DNA from: Desulfobacterales bacterium
GTDB lineage: Bacteria > Desulfobacterota > Desulfobacteria > Desulfobacterales > UBA5852
Length of the DNA stretch: 64,000 nt
Direction: 5' to 3'
NCBI GenBank assembly: GCA_963674755.2
Contig: CAXXVS010000002.1
Span: 2,176,001 to 2,240,000, forward strand
The notes under the pieces are model-generated. The model saw nothing but the letters and a program-made list of their open reading frames with translations, was not told the origin of the DNA and did not search any database. This document shows positions 33,646 through 43,393 of the stretch, in pieces. Within the stretch, counting starts at the first letter, position 1. Every line of letters begins with the position of its first letter. The position numbers were made by a program, and so were the translations under genes.

Positions 33646-34603
33646 GTGTTAGCAGCCTGATCGGCCGACCATCCAACCAGGCCAGTAAATCTTCCACTGC
33701 GTCCTGGTAGTAAACCTGGAAATTTTCCTCGGTCGCATAGCCCAGATGCGGTGTCAGGCTCACGTTATCCAGACTCACAAGGGGTTCGTCTTCACCGGCC
33801 GGTTCCCTGCTGTAAACATCGATACCCGCACCGGCGATGCGCCTGTTTTTAAGCGCCGCCAACAGCGCCTCCTGGTCGACCAGCCCAGCCCTGGCGGTGT
33901 TGATTAAATATGCGCCGGGTCGCATAAGACCCAGCTCCGACGGCCCCACCATGTTTCGGGTGCGCTCGCTGAGCACCATGTGCAGGCTGACAAAATCGGC
34001 CCGGGCAAAAAGCTGCTGTTTGCTTACCGGCTGAACACCGAGATCCAGCGCTTTTTGCCGGTCGAGGTTCTGGCTCCAGGCCAGGACCCGCATGCCAAAG
34101 GCCCGGCCGATGCTGGCCATTTGGCTGCCCAGCTTGCCCAGCCCCACCAAGCCAAGAGTTTTGCCGCTGACGGTGCCAGCCAGGGCCGTCTGCCAGCGCC
34201 CGGCGCGCAGGTCTCGATCGGCACCAACCAATCCCTTGCTGAGGGTCAGGATGTGGGTCCAGGCCAGTTCCACGGTGGACGCCACCGGCCGCTTCGCCGA
34301 TCGCGTACCGCACACCATGATGTCGCGCTGTTCGCAGAATTTCAGGTCGATGGCCAGGTTGCGCATGCCGGTGGTGATGATCAGCCGCAGGCCGCTCAGA
34401 GCGGCCAGCAGCCCGGCCTCGAGCCGGGTACGCTCACGCATGGCCACAATGACCTCGAAACCGGCTAATTGTTGGGCCGCCTGAGTCTGATCGGCAAAGG
34501 GGCGATCAAATAGCCGGACACCAACCGCTGACAGCAACCGGGACCAATCTGCGCAATCCATGGCGTTGTGTAAATAATCATCCAGTATGGCCACTTGGGG
34601 CAC
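33632..34603 (-). CDS. D-2-hydroxyacid dehydrogenase family protein
   Basis: MRERT, GLGKLG, INTARAG, DVY, TPHLGY; GTG start with AGGAG RBS. Confidence 0.9.
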   Translation of the reverse strand: MPQVAILDDYLHNAMDCADWSRLLSAVGVRLFDRPFADQTQAAQQLAGFEVIVAMRERTRLEAGLLAALSGLRLIITTGMRNLAIDLKFCEQRDIMVCGTRSAKRPVASTVELAWTHILTLSKGLVGADRDLRAGRWQTALAGTVSGKTLGLVGLGKLGSQMASIGRAFGMRVLAWSQNLDRQKALDLGVQPVSKQQLFARADFVSLHMVLSERTRNMVGPSELGLMRPGAYLINTARAGLVDQEALLAALKNRRIAGAGIDVYSREPAGEDEPLVSLDNVSLTPHLGYATEENFQVYYQDAVEDLLAWLDGRPIRLLTRAHP

Positions 34604-34774
34604 TGTAAAACTCCTAGTTGAATAATTCCCGAGAAAGACGCATTCGCGCGCTCTAGGCGGCAACTTCACTTCTGGCAGATTGTCCAATAATGGTCTGGGG
34701 AATGAGAACCGCGAACAACATCGACGTGCATTTCTTGATAGACTCCCTCCTTCATGGTTGTGGTATCCAGTGCA

Positions 34775-36133
34775 TTACGAATCCATTTGATTTTTCCATA
34801 GCCTGACAAGCTCCGTTGCATCGTGGCTGTCCACAGTCCTCGAGACACAGGCCATGATTTTCTCCATATGCGCTGGCGAGTAAATCTTCTTGCATGAATT
34901 GATAAATTTGCCTTTCACCTCTTCTGGATCGCCTGACATCCCTGATAGCCGGTCAATGGTCTGCGTGTGGATTCTTCCATCGCGCATGTTTATGATGATC
35001 TCGGCGCCGCGAATATCCGGATAGACTGCATTCCAATGGTCGGTGGAATAGGCCTTGACCTTTCTGGCGGTTGCTCGGATATCACTGCGGTCAATGGCCT
35101 TGTTGGTGAAGTCGTCCAGCCCCACGAAACCCGTATGCAGCGCCACGGCCAAGAGATAGTTCATGCTGAATCGGGCTTCCTGGGGGCTGTTGGGGTTTTG
35201 ATTTGAGGCGGTGGCGTCGATGGCGATATCAAAGGTGTTGACGATGATTTCGTTTATGTCTTCCAGATTCGATATGGATTTTCTTAGATGAAAGGATGCT
35301 TCGATAGCGGCGTGGGTATACCGGCAACAGGGGAACAGCTTGGTGTAGGTGTCATTGATCAAGGGTTTTGCGCCTAAATCGGCAAGACAATCGTTTACGA
35401 TTTGCTGGATCGGCAGATCGGACAAAATTTGGAACAAGCCCTTATCGCCTTCGAATATTTGCAGGGGCGCTTCCAGGTTTTGTTTTGCCAGTAGTGCGGC
35501 CGAGATCCCTCTCTCCGCCGCATAACCGACTTGCACCGGTTTGGCCATTTGTCCTTCGATCAGGGGCTGGCGGTATCCCGAGACGGCCAGGCCGGCCAGA
35601 CCCATGGCATAGGCCAACTGTCTTTCGGTCAAGCCGATCAGCTTGCCGGCCGTTACGGCGGCCCCGATCACTCCGCAGGTGCAGCTGCCATGAAATCCCT
35701 TTTGGATATGGGATTTCCCCAGGGCTTTTCCCAGCCGGTATTCCACATCATACCCGGCGATGATCGCTTCAAAGAATAAACTACCGTTGACGTTGTATTT
35801 GGGAGCTATGGCAAAAGCGGTTCCGATGACCGGCCCGGCGGCATGAATCCCTGCCCAGAGATGTCCATCGTCAAAATCGAGACAATGGGCAAGCGCTCCA
35901 TTCAAAAATCCCGCGATATTTTGGGAATACGCCTTGTCGCCGGCGCTACCACCAGACGATAGGGCATTGGCATAGTTGATCAGCCGCTGCGGAATATCGG
36001 AGTAATGAGTCGCCGCGGCAGATACGGTGATATAGTCTAAAATGCGCGACTTGACCGTTTCAACGGTATCCTGGTCGATTTCCGATAGTTTCAGATTGAA
36101 GACATAGTGGGACAGCGTTTCCGATAAAGTCAT
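34775..36133 (-). CDS. MmgE/PrpD-family protein
   Basis: HCLDFDDGH, GFH, KLFPCC, ARFS. Confidence 0.88.
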   Translation of the reverse strand: MTLSETLSHYVFNLKLSEIDQDTVETVKSRILDYITVSAAATHYSDIPQRLINYANALSSGGSAGDKAYSQNIAGFLNGALAHCLDFDDGHLWAGIHAAGPVIGTAFAIAPKYNVNGSLFFEAIIAGYDVEYRLGKALGKSHIQKGFHGSCTCGVIGAAVTAGKLIGLTERQLAYAMGLAGLAVSGYRQPLIEGQMAKPVQVGYAAERGISAALLAKQNLEAPLQIFEGDKGLFQILSDLPIQQIVNDCLADLGAKPLINDTYTKLFPCCRYTHAAIEASFHLRKSISNLEDINEIIVNTFDIAIDATASNQNPNSPQEARFSMNYLLAVALHTGFVGLDDFTNKAIDRSDIRATARKVKAYSTDHWNAVYPDIRGAEIIINMRDGRIHTQTIDRLSGMSGDPEEVKGKFINSCKKIYSPAHMEKIMACVSRTVDSHDATELVRLWKNQMDS

Positions 36134-36277
36134 GGCAGGACCTTCCTCAAGCATTGGGGGCAAGCTATAATGTTAAGACAATGTTCTTGGCTAGACCAGA
36201 GGGAGGAAGCTGTATAACCAATTCCGCTTTCGACCGATAACGCAGCCCCAAAACATTATCTTGAATACGGTTTATCA

Positions 36278-36295
36278 AATCAATTATCGTGCCAA
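36278..36295 (-). promoter_or_regulatory. Sigma54-like promoter of the mmgE-dehydrogenase-HD-leuCD operon
   Basis: TTGGCACGATAATTGATT; TGAAAC/GTTTCA motifs about 160-200 bp upstream. Confidence 0.55.
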
Positions 36296-36565
36296 CTCGC
36301 TGGCCGATCTTACTTGGTAGATTTTTTCAACGACTGATATTTTAAATGAACAACGTTAAGTGTTAACAATTTGAAAAATACTTATAATTTTGCGTTTACG
36401 GGATGGAATGCTGTAGACATCGAGAATCGGCAAACGCCCCTTTTTTATCTTGAAACAAGTGTCTGTTTCAGTTGTGTTTCAATTGGTGAAAAAAAACGCA
36501 ACATAATGGCTACGCCTTGAAAACGTCTGGGTACTGAAATTATACTTACTGGTCGCGATCTTATC

Positions 36566-36973
36566 ATGTTTAGCCATGATCCCGATGAGGTGCGGTTGAG
36601 TGATTTTCAGTTCAGGATCAACGAGTGGTTTCTATGCGAATACGATTTCACCGACCAATGGCGGCATCAGATTCGGATCGAAAATATCATGGAATATGAT
36701 CCTCCCAAGGATTATCCTCTGTGTATCGGCGGCCGTCGGTCGTGTCCGCCCGAGGACTGCGGCGGTCCATGGCGGTTCATGGCTCTGCGACAGCACTACT
36801 CTCTGATTCAAATAATGGACCGGTTACTCGAGATCATCGAGGCCGAAGATCCTGAAGACAATGTGGAGGAACTATATACACTGCGCTACTGGTTAAACGT
36901 GGACCGCTTTGATCGAAAAGCTGTGAACAAGAAGCTTCATGATCACGCCCGCGGGGAAAACGTGTTCATGTAG
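36566..36973 (+). pseudogene. 5'-truncated pRiA4b ORF3-like passenger gene of an ISKra4-type element
   Basis: YDFTDQWRH, CIGGRRSCPPEDCGGP. Confidence 0.7.
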
Positions 36974-38412
36974 GCATAACCGGGAGGTGCGCGATGAAAA
37001 TCAGGGTGCATGTCCTTATCGAATCAGAGACAGGGAATACCGATGCGGCTGAAAACATAGTTTGCCTGGAACGAGAGGATCTACGACTCGAAAACTTGGG
37101 TCTGGCCCTTGCCGAAGCCAAATCGATCCTCGCTGGTGTTCAGCAATCCATGGTTGACCGGCAAATCGAGGAATATATAGATCAAGAAGCCTGCTGCTCT
37201 CTGTGGGAAGGCACTGCGCCACAAAGCGCACCAGCCCATTACGTATCGTACGCTGTTTGGTAAATTGCGATTGCGCAGCATGCGCTTCTATCATTGTGAG
37301 TGCCAACCACAAACGACGAAGACTTTCAGCCCATTAACACACTTGCCCCCGGAGCACACGGCTCCAGAGTTGCTCTATCTGGAATCAAAGTTTGCATCCT
37401 TGATGTCCTATGGGTTGTCGATGCAGATGTTAAAGGAGGTACTGCCAATCGGGCAAGCGATCAATGCGGCTAGCATCAGAAATCATGTACAGTCCGTTGC
37501 CCGGTGAATCGGTGCTGAACTTGGAGACGAACAGATGTTTCTTATCGATGGTTGTGAATGGGATTGGGAAGACCTACCCCAGTCGGATATGCCGCTAACG
37601 GTAGGCCTTGACGGTGGGTATGTCCTCTCATGCGCTAAGAAAATCCGCAAACATGGATGTTTTGAGGTCATTGCGGGCACAAGCGTCGCCAATGATGGCG
37701 CTTGCAAGCGGTTCGCCTTCGTCCACAACTACGACGAAAAACCCAAACGGCGGGTGTTTGAAGTGCTCAGATCCCAAGGCATGCAGATGAATCAGCTGGT
37801 CACCTTCCTGTCCGATGGCGCCGATACCGTAAGAGATCTGCAGTTATACCTGAACCCCAACGCGGAGTACATCATAGACTGGTTCCACATCACAATGCGA
37901 ATCACCGTAATGTGTCAGATGGCAAAGGACTGGGTCCACCGGGGTCTAAACTCAGAGAATCGATACTGAAGGAATTGGAGCGGGTCAAGTGGTATCTATA
38001 GGATGGGAACGCGTTTATGGCGATAGAAACCGTGAGCTGGCTTCCTGATGATATTTTTGTTGAGGATCACACTGAGAACCACAAAAAACTGATCCGGAAG
38101 CTGGAAGAGTTCGAGACCTATATTCGTAACAACGCAGCATTCATCCCCAATTACGGCGAGCGCTATCGGTATGGAGAGACCATCTCCACCGCTTTTGCCG
38201 AATCGACCATCAACCAGGTCGTGAGCAAGCGGATGGTTAAGAAACAACAGATGCTCTGGAGTCAGAAAGGCGCCCACCTCCTGCTGCAGGTCCGTATCCG
38301 GGTCCTAAATGGTGAGCTTCGGGACGAGTTCCGGAAATGGTACCCAAGGTTTGATCGAAGCGGTGAGGTGCTGCCGTTGGCAGCGTAGCTCCCCCGGTTT
38401 TTTCCGGTTTCC
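36566..38412 (+). mobile_element. Degraded ISKra4-family element
   Basis: Transposase split over four ORFs (36994-38388) with GLDGGY, FLSDGA, DWFH, ESTINQVVSKRMVKKQQM motifs; right end CCCCCGGTTTTTTCCGGTTTCC; left end not found. Confidence 0.8.
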
Positions 38413-38624
38413 AATATCCGCTAACTTCAAAACATTATCGAAAAGGTGGGCATCCTATCGGAGGGAGAATCTAAGCCACTGTTTTCGATGACATTTATCA
38501 AGAGTTGAAGTGCTATTCGGTTTGCGAAGGCCAGGAAGATGATAAGCCGATTCCCATGACGCCTGAAACAGTCGTCAACAAAATAATTGAAGATGAAGCA
38601 AAAGTTATTTTAGATGCAATTGGA
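38413..38624 (+). pseudogene. 3' remnant of a paralogue of the PrpR-like regulator
   Basis: Clear nucleotide similarity to ~52006-52217 (shared TATTCGGTTTGCGAAGGCCAGGAAGATGATAA). Confidence 0.85.
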
Positions 38625-38714
38625 TGTGCAAACAACGCCTCGATTGATCTTATTATTTGTTTTTGTCACAGGCTTCCTTTGGGTTCGGTAATTTTGCGCA
38701 AATTTTTCAGCAAC

Positions 38715-38749
38715 AAAAACTCCCCCATTGTCAGTGGGGGAGTTAAAAA
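38715..38749 (-). terminator. Intrinsic terminator after the SMP-30 gene
   Basis: AAAAACTCCCCCATTGTCAGTGGGGGAGTT hairpin. Confidence 0.65.
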
Positions 38750-38799
38750 TTATCATATTTTTTGGGTTATGCTGAGGATATTAGCATTCTATACTCATT

Positions 38800-39846
38800 T
38801 TATTCTTGATAGAAACCGCGATGCAAGGTCTTGATTCGCAATAATTTCCATGGCATCCCCAAACCGGTTGTAATGTACAGCGAGTTTGCGTCGTCACCAC
38901 GCCCAAAGCCCACATTACTTGGCCTGGTTCCCTCTGGCGGGATTAGCTTTGCTATCACTTTTTCCTTGATGGGATTCAGGACAATGATTTCACCTGGTAC
39001 TGGGGGCGTTTTACCATTGTGTATCGCGAGGTAGAGATTGCCATCAGTATCCATGGCCATCCCGTCGACATTGTAATGTTCGTGCTTGAAAATAGCATGG
39101 CCATTAGAAATCTTTCCATTTTCATCAAGGTCGTAAGCAACGACCCCTCCATGCTCGATATTGAACTTATCCTTTAGAGGGCCCAGAGGATTGGCAAGCA
39201 GCCGTTTTTCATTAGCAGCTGCCACGTAAAGATGTTTACCATCAGGTGAGACTTCTATGCCGTTGGGACGGAAGATATCGGTTGAAATTTGCGTAACCGT
39301 ACCGTCTGTATCAATCCGGTAGACCGCATTAGGCAGTTCCCAGGGTAGCGTTTTGCCTCCATAGCGTGCATCGGTAAAATAGATCCTACCCTTCGCATCA
39401 CTGGTGACATCATTTGGTGCTACATAGTGTTTGCCTTTATATTTGTCTGTGATAACTTCTGTTTCCCCGGTTGTTAAATTGTGTCGACGGATTCCCTGCG
39501 GGCCGCCACGAGTATCTGATGAAGCAATAATGAGATCATTGTTTTTATCAATATGTAACCCTAAAGCTGAACCGGACGGCTTCATATACTCAGAGGTTTT
39601 CCCAGTGACAGGATCGAAACAGTAGATCACTCCATTTTTTATCGATTCGTTAAGCCAGGTTACACCAAGGGTGTAGATCTTACCGTCTTTTGCAGCGACA
39701 ACGCCTTCATTAAATCCTATGCCATCTCTGGAGACGATTTCTAGCTGAGCACCGTCAGCAAAAATACGAGTTTCTTGATTGGCCAGCGAACTAGACACCG
39801 ACAGAAAGAGGATAGCCAACAGTAGTCCCATGATTTTTCTTTTCAT
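38800..39846 (-). CDS. Secreted SMP-30/gluconolactonase-family beta-propeller
   Basis: Signal peptide; EG, PND, FTD, PNGI, DGM motifs. Confidence 0.9.
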   Translation of the reverse strand: MKRKIMGLLLAILFLSVSSSLANQETRIFADGAQLEIVSRDGIGFNEGVVAAKDGKIYTLGVTWLNESIKNGVIYCFDPVTGKTSEYMKPSGSALGLHIDKNNDLIIASSDTRGGPQGIRRHNLTTGETEVITDKYKGKHYVAPNDVTSDAKGRIYFTDARYGGKTLPWELPNAVYRIDTDGTVTQISTDIFRPNGIEVSPDGKHLYVAAANEKRLLANPLGPLKDKFNIEHGGVVAYDLDENGKISNGHAIFKHEHYNVDGMAMDTDGNLYLAIHNGKTPPVPGEIIVLNPIKEKVIAKLIPPEGTRPSNVGFGRGDDANSLYITTGLGMPWKLLRIKTLHRGFYQE

Positions 39847-40269
39847 TGTAATTATTCTCCTTTTTTGATTATTGAAAATAAAAGATAAACAATGATATTA
39901 TACTATGCCTTGATCCTATCAATGAATAGGAGCTTACCTTTCAGAGAACTATCATAACCGATAAGACAATTTTCCGTTTTATGGTCATGTAGATCCCATA
40001 ACATCTCCGCCGATTATCATCTCAGACCCGTATTTTCGACATCTTCCCTTCTGCCCTTATAGAACTCAATTTACGTGTCAACTTGCAGACAGAACTGAGA
40101 ATGACGAGCGTCGTTAAGGATTCAAAATCGGAATAACATATCAATCGTCTCGGTTTTCTCAAGGCTCTTGAGAAGATTGAATCTTTCATCTTTGGTTTTT
40201 TCACAGGGCGTTCCGGCAACCATATTGTCGAATTTCGATTTCGGCATATCCAAGCCAAGTGGCGTCTCC

Positions 40270-40524
40270 ACACCCGCCATCACCGGAATGTCGACTGCCT
40301 GGATAACATTCCAGGTCGCGGACATGCATGATATCCTGCATTTGCATGATCCCCACATCGGGCTTGCCAAGCCAGGATCCAGCCAAGCCGAAGCCACTGA
40401 TCTGAACGGCCTCGAATCTAGCCGCTTCGATGATCATGGCGCTGAGCGCATCATGGCAACCCGGAACCACCAAGGCGCTTTTTTCGTTTATCTTCGATCG
40501 CAATATTTTGCTCTTGCTGGCCAT
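40270..40524 (-). pseudogene. Isocitrate lyase/PEP mutase (PrpB-like) family fragment
   Basis: VVPGCHDALSA...SGFGLAGSWLGKPDVG, a frameshift, then TWNVIQAVDIPVMA, then truncation. Confidence 0.8.
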
Positions 40525-40598
40525 GTGCTGCTCTTCATTCGACAATTTTTACGATCAGATAAGGTAGGGGTGATCGGCCGCTTACCCCTACGGCAGGG

Positions 40599-41138
40599 TC
40601 AGGCGTTTCTTCCCAATTCCAGCCCCAGTTCCAGGGCCTTCTGGTTCATGTCGATAAACCCGGACGGAATGCGTTCTTTGAGGACGGCCATGATGGATGC
40701 CGGCTGCACCAGCTCGGTCAGGGCCACCACCGCCCCCAGCATGCAGATGTTGAACACAATCGGTTTGCCGATCTCGTCCAACACCGTCTGGTACATGGGC
40801 AGTTCCACCTGCCAGGCGTCCACCTTGCGCTCCTGCTTGACGAAACGGCTGTCCGTCAAGAGCAGCCCCCCCGGTCGAATGATCGGGGCATACGACGTGT
40901 AGGCCTCCTGCGTCAGGCACACCAGCATGTTGGGCTGAACCACCTTGGGGAAGTTGATCTCTTCTTCAGATATAATGATGTCGGAACGGGTCGCCCCCCC
41001 CCGGGCCGCCGCGCCGTAGGCCTGGGACTGGGTGGCATTGAGCCCTTCGTAAATAACGGCCGCTTCGGCGAATATGATGGCTGCGGTTATGACACCCTGG
41101 CCGCCGGAACCGGTAAAGACCATCCGCATTCTTTCCAT
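40599..41138 (-). CDS. 2-oxoacid:ferredoxin oxidoreductase gamma subunit
   Basis: GSGGQG, YGAAARGG, NICMLG. Confidence 0.92.
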   Translation of the reverse strand: MERMRMVFTGSGGQGVITAAIIFAEAAVIYEGLNATQSQAYGAAARGGATRSDIIISEEEINFPKVVQPNMLVCLTQEAYTSYAPIIRPGGLLLTDSRFVKQERKVDAWQVELPMYQTVLDEIGKPIVFNICMLGAVVALTELVQPASIMAVLKERIPSGFIDMNQKALELGLELGRNA

Positions 41139-41143
41139 GGAAA

Positions 41144-41944
41144 CTAACCTTTCATCGCCTGTTCTATGATTTTGTCGTATTCACGGCAGTATTCCGGCGC
41201 TTCCTTCTGGACGAAGATGCCCCGTTCGATCAAATCCGGATTGTCTTTTTTCTTCTGGGATCCGATGGGCACCGTAATGTCCTTGTAGTGCTGCATCATG
41301 TCCGCGGCCGCACCCAGCTTGTTCTTGCGCCCGAAGTGCGTCGGGCATTGGGAGAAAATCTCCACCACGCTGAAACCCTCGTGCAGGATCGCCTGTTTGA
41401 TCAGGTCGGTGGCTTGCTGGGCATGAAAAGTTGTGCTGCGCGCCACAAAGGTGGCCCCGGCGGCCGTAGCCATCTCCACCACATCAAAATCCCGGTCGAT
41501 GTTGTGGAAGGGAGCGGTGGTGGCGTTGATCCCCACCCCGCTCATGGGCGAAAACTGACCGCCCGTCATCCCGTAAATGCGGTTGTTCATGACAATGGCC
41601 GTGATGTCGATATTGCGCCGGCAGGCGTGAATAAAATGGTTCCCGCCAATGGCCAGGGCGTCGCCGTCCCCCATGGGGACAATCACGTTTAACTCCGGTT
41701 TGGAAAGCTTGACCCCGGTGGCAAACGCCAGGGCCCGGCCGTGCAGCGTGTGCAGGGTGTGAAAATCCACATACCCGGAGATGCGCGACGAACATCCAAT
41801 ACCCGAGGCCACCACGATTTCGTTCTTGGAGAGCCCCAACTGCTCCACGGCCCGCAGCAGACTGTTCAAGACGGTGCCGTGGCCGCAACCCGGACACCAC
41901 ATGTGCGGGAAAAAGCGCTGGCGCAGATAATCATGAATGGCCAT
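41144..41944 (-). CDS. korB: 2-oxoacid:ferredoxin oxidoreductase beta subunit (TPP)
   Basis: WCPGCG, GIGCS, GDGD, YGMTGGQ, QCPT. Confidence 0.9.
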   Translation of the reverse strand: MAIHDYLRQRFFPHMWCPGCGHGTVLNSLLRAVEQLGLSKNEIVVASGIGCSSRISGYVDFHTLHTLHGRALAFATGVKLSKPELNVIVPMGDGDALAIGGNHFIHACRRNIDITAIVMNNRIYGMTGGQFSPMSGVGINATTAPFHNIDRDFDVVEMATAAGATFVARSTTFHAQQATDLIKQAILHEGFSVVEIFSQCPTHFGRKNKLGAAADMMQHYKDITVPIGSQKKKDNPDLIERGIFVQKEAPEYCREYDKIIEQAMKG

Positions 41945-41945
41945 T

Positions 41946-43094
41946 TTATACCCCCTTTCCCTGGATGAGCCGCAGCAGTTTACGAATATCCATCGGGGTG
42001 ATGAACACACCGTCGATGCGGTTGGCCAGGAAGACCCGCTCCGGAAAATCCACCGCTTTCTTAACTTCCTGCATGACCTGTCCCATGTTCTGCTCCACCA
42101 CGACGACCGCCTCGGCCTGCGCGCATTTTTCACGCACGATGTCCCTGGGAAACGGCCACAGGGTCTGCAATTCCAGCAGCCCCAGACGTTCGCCCCGTAT
42201 GCGCCGATCCTTGACCACGTGCAGGGCCGAGCGGGCCGACGCACCGTAGGACACCAGAACAATCTCCGCATCTTCGAGAGAATGTTCTTTGTAGCGCGCC
42301 AATAGACTGGCGCGATTTTCGATCTTGTCCACCAGGTGGCGGATCAGGCCGTGCACGACGTCCGGGTCCGCCGACGGAAACCCCCACATGTCGTGGTAGA
42401 GACCGGTGACGTTGTAGCGGTGTACGTCACCGAAGTCGCTCATGGGCAGCCGGCCGTCTTCCCGGGGCAGATAGGGATGGTAGTTGACCCCACCCTTGAC
42501 CGAGGTCCGCAGCCGTTCCACCAGGGGAATTTCTCCGGGTTCGGGTATCTCCAGTTTCTCCCGCATGTGGCCCACGATCTCGTCGAACAACAGGATCACC
42601 GGCGTACGGTAGGTCTCGGCCATGTTATACGCCTCGATCGTCATGGCAAAGACATCCTGATGATTGGAAGCGGTCAGCGCAATAATCGCATGGTCCCCAT
42701 GGGTTCCCCAGCGGGCCTGCATCACATCCCCCTGACTGCCGTGGGTGGGAATGCCCGTGGAAGGCCCCCCGCGCTGGACATTGGTGATGACACAAGGAAT
42801 CTCGGCCATGACGGCATAGCCCAGGGCCTCCTGCATGAGCGAAAAGCCCGGGCCGCTGGTGGCCGTCATCACCTTGTGACCGGTCAGCGAGGCCCCGATG
42901 ATCGCAGCTATCGACGCAATTTCATCTTCCATCTGGATGAATTTGCCCCCCGCGGTCGGCAACCGTCGGGCCAGTAATTCCGCAATTTCCGATGACGGGG
43001 TGATGGGGTACCCGGCAAAAAAATCCAGACCGGCATACAGGGCCCCTTCCACACACGCCTCGTTGCCCTGAACGAATTTAACCTGAGTGCTCAT
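41946..43094 (-). CDS. korA: 2-oxoacid:ferredoxin oxidoreductase alpha subunit
   Basis: GYPITPS, QMEDE, TSGPGFSL, QRGGPSTG. Confidence 0.9.
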   Translation of the reverse strand: MSTQVKFVQGNEACVEGALYAGLDFFAGYPITPSSEIAELLARRLPTAGGKFIQMEDEIASIAAIIGASLTGHKVMTATSGPGFSLMQEALGYAVMAEIPCVITNVQRGGPSTGIPTHGSQGDVMQARWGTHGDHAIIALTASNHQDVFAMTIEAYNMAETYRTPVILLFDEIVGHMREKLEIPEPGEIPLVERLRTSVKGGVNYHPYLPREDGRLPMSDFGDVHRYNVTGLYHDMWGFPSADPDVVHGLIRHLVDKIENRASLLARYKEHSLEDAEIVLVSYGASARSALHVVKDRRIRGERLGLLELQTLWPFPRDIVREKCAQAEAVVVVEQNMGQVMQEVKKAVDFPERVFLANRIDGVFITPMDIRKLLRLIQGKGV

Positions 43095-43309
43095 GATCCG
43101 CCCTCTTCGGTTTCGATTTCGATGGCAAGATCCGGGCAGCGGATCTCACAAAGTTTGCAGGCGATGCAATCTTCCATTCGGACCACTTCCGATTTCTCCT
43201 GCTGGTTCAGCTCAAGCACATGCTTGGGGCAAAAGGCCACACAAATGCCGCACCCCTTGCACCATTCGGCGTTGATTCTTATCTCGCTGACGTTCGTTTT
43301 GTTAACCAT
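43091..43309 (-). CDS. 2x[4Fe-4S] delta subunit of 2-oxoacid:ferredoxin oxidoreductase
   Basis: CKGCGICVAFCP and CIACKLCEIRCP. Confidence 0.92.
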   Translation of the reverse strand: MVNKTNVSEIRINAEWCKGCGICVAFCPKHVLELNQQEKSEVVRMEDCIACKLCEIRCPDLAIEIETEEGGS

Positions 43310-43393
43310 TTAGGATACGATCCTTTATCCTGCTTCCATGAGTGGTTCGACTCCATCAGATGCGCCTATTAGGGAATGAACCGCGCAAACTCC

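Noticed and set aside
37505..37507. In-frame TGA as possible selenocysteine
   Set aside because: Lies in a transposase that also has frameshifts; simple decay
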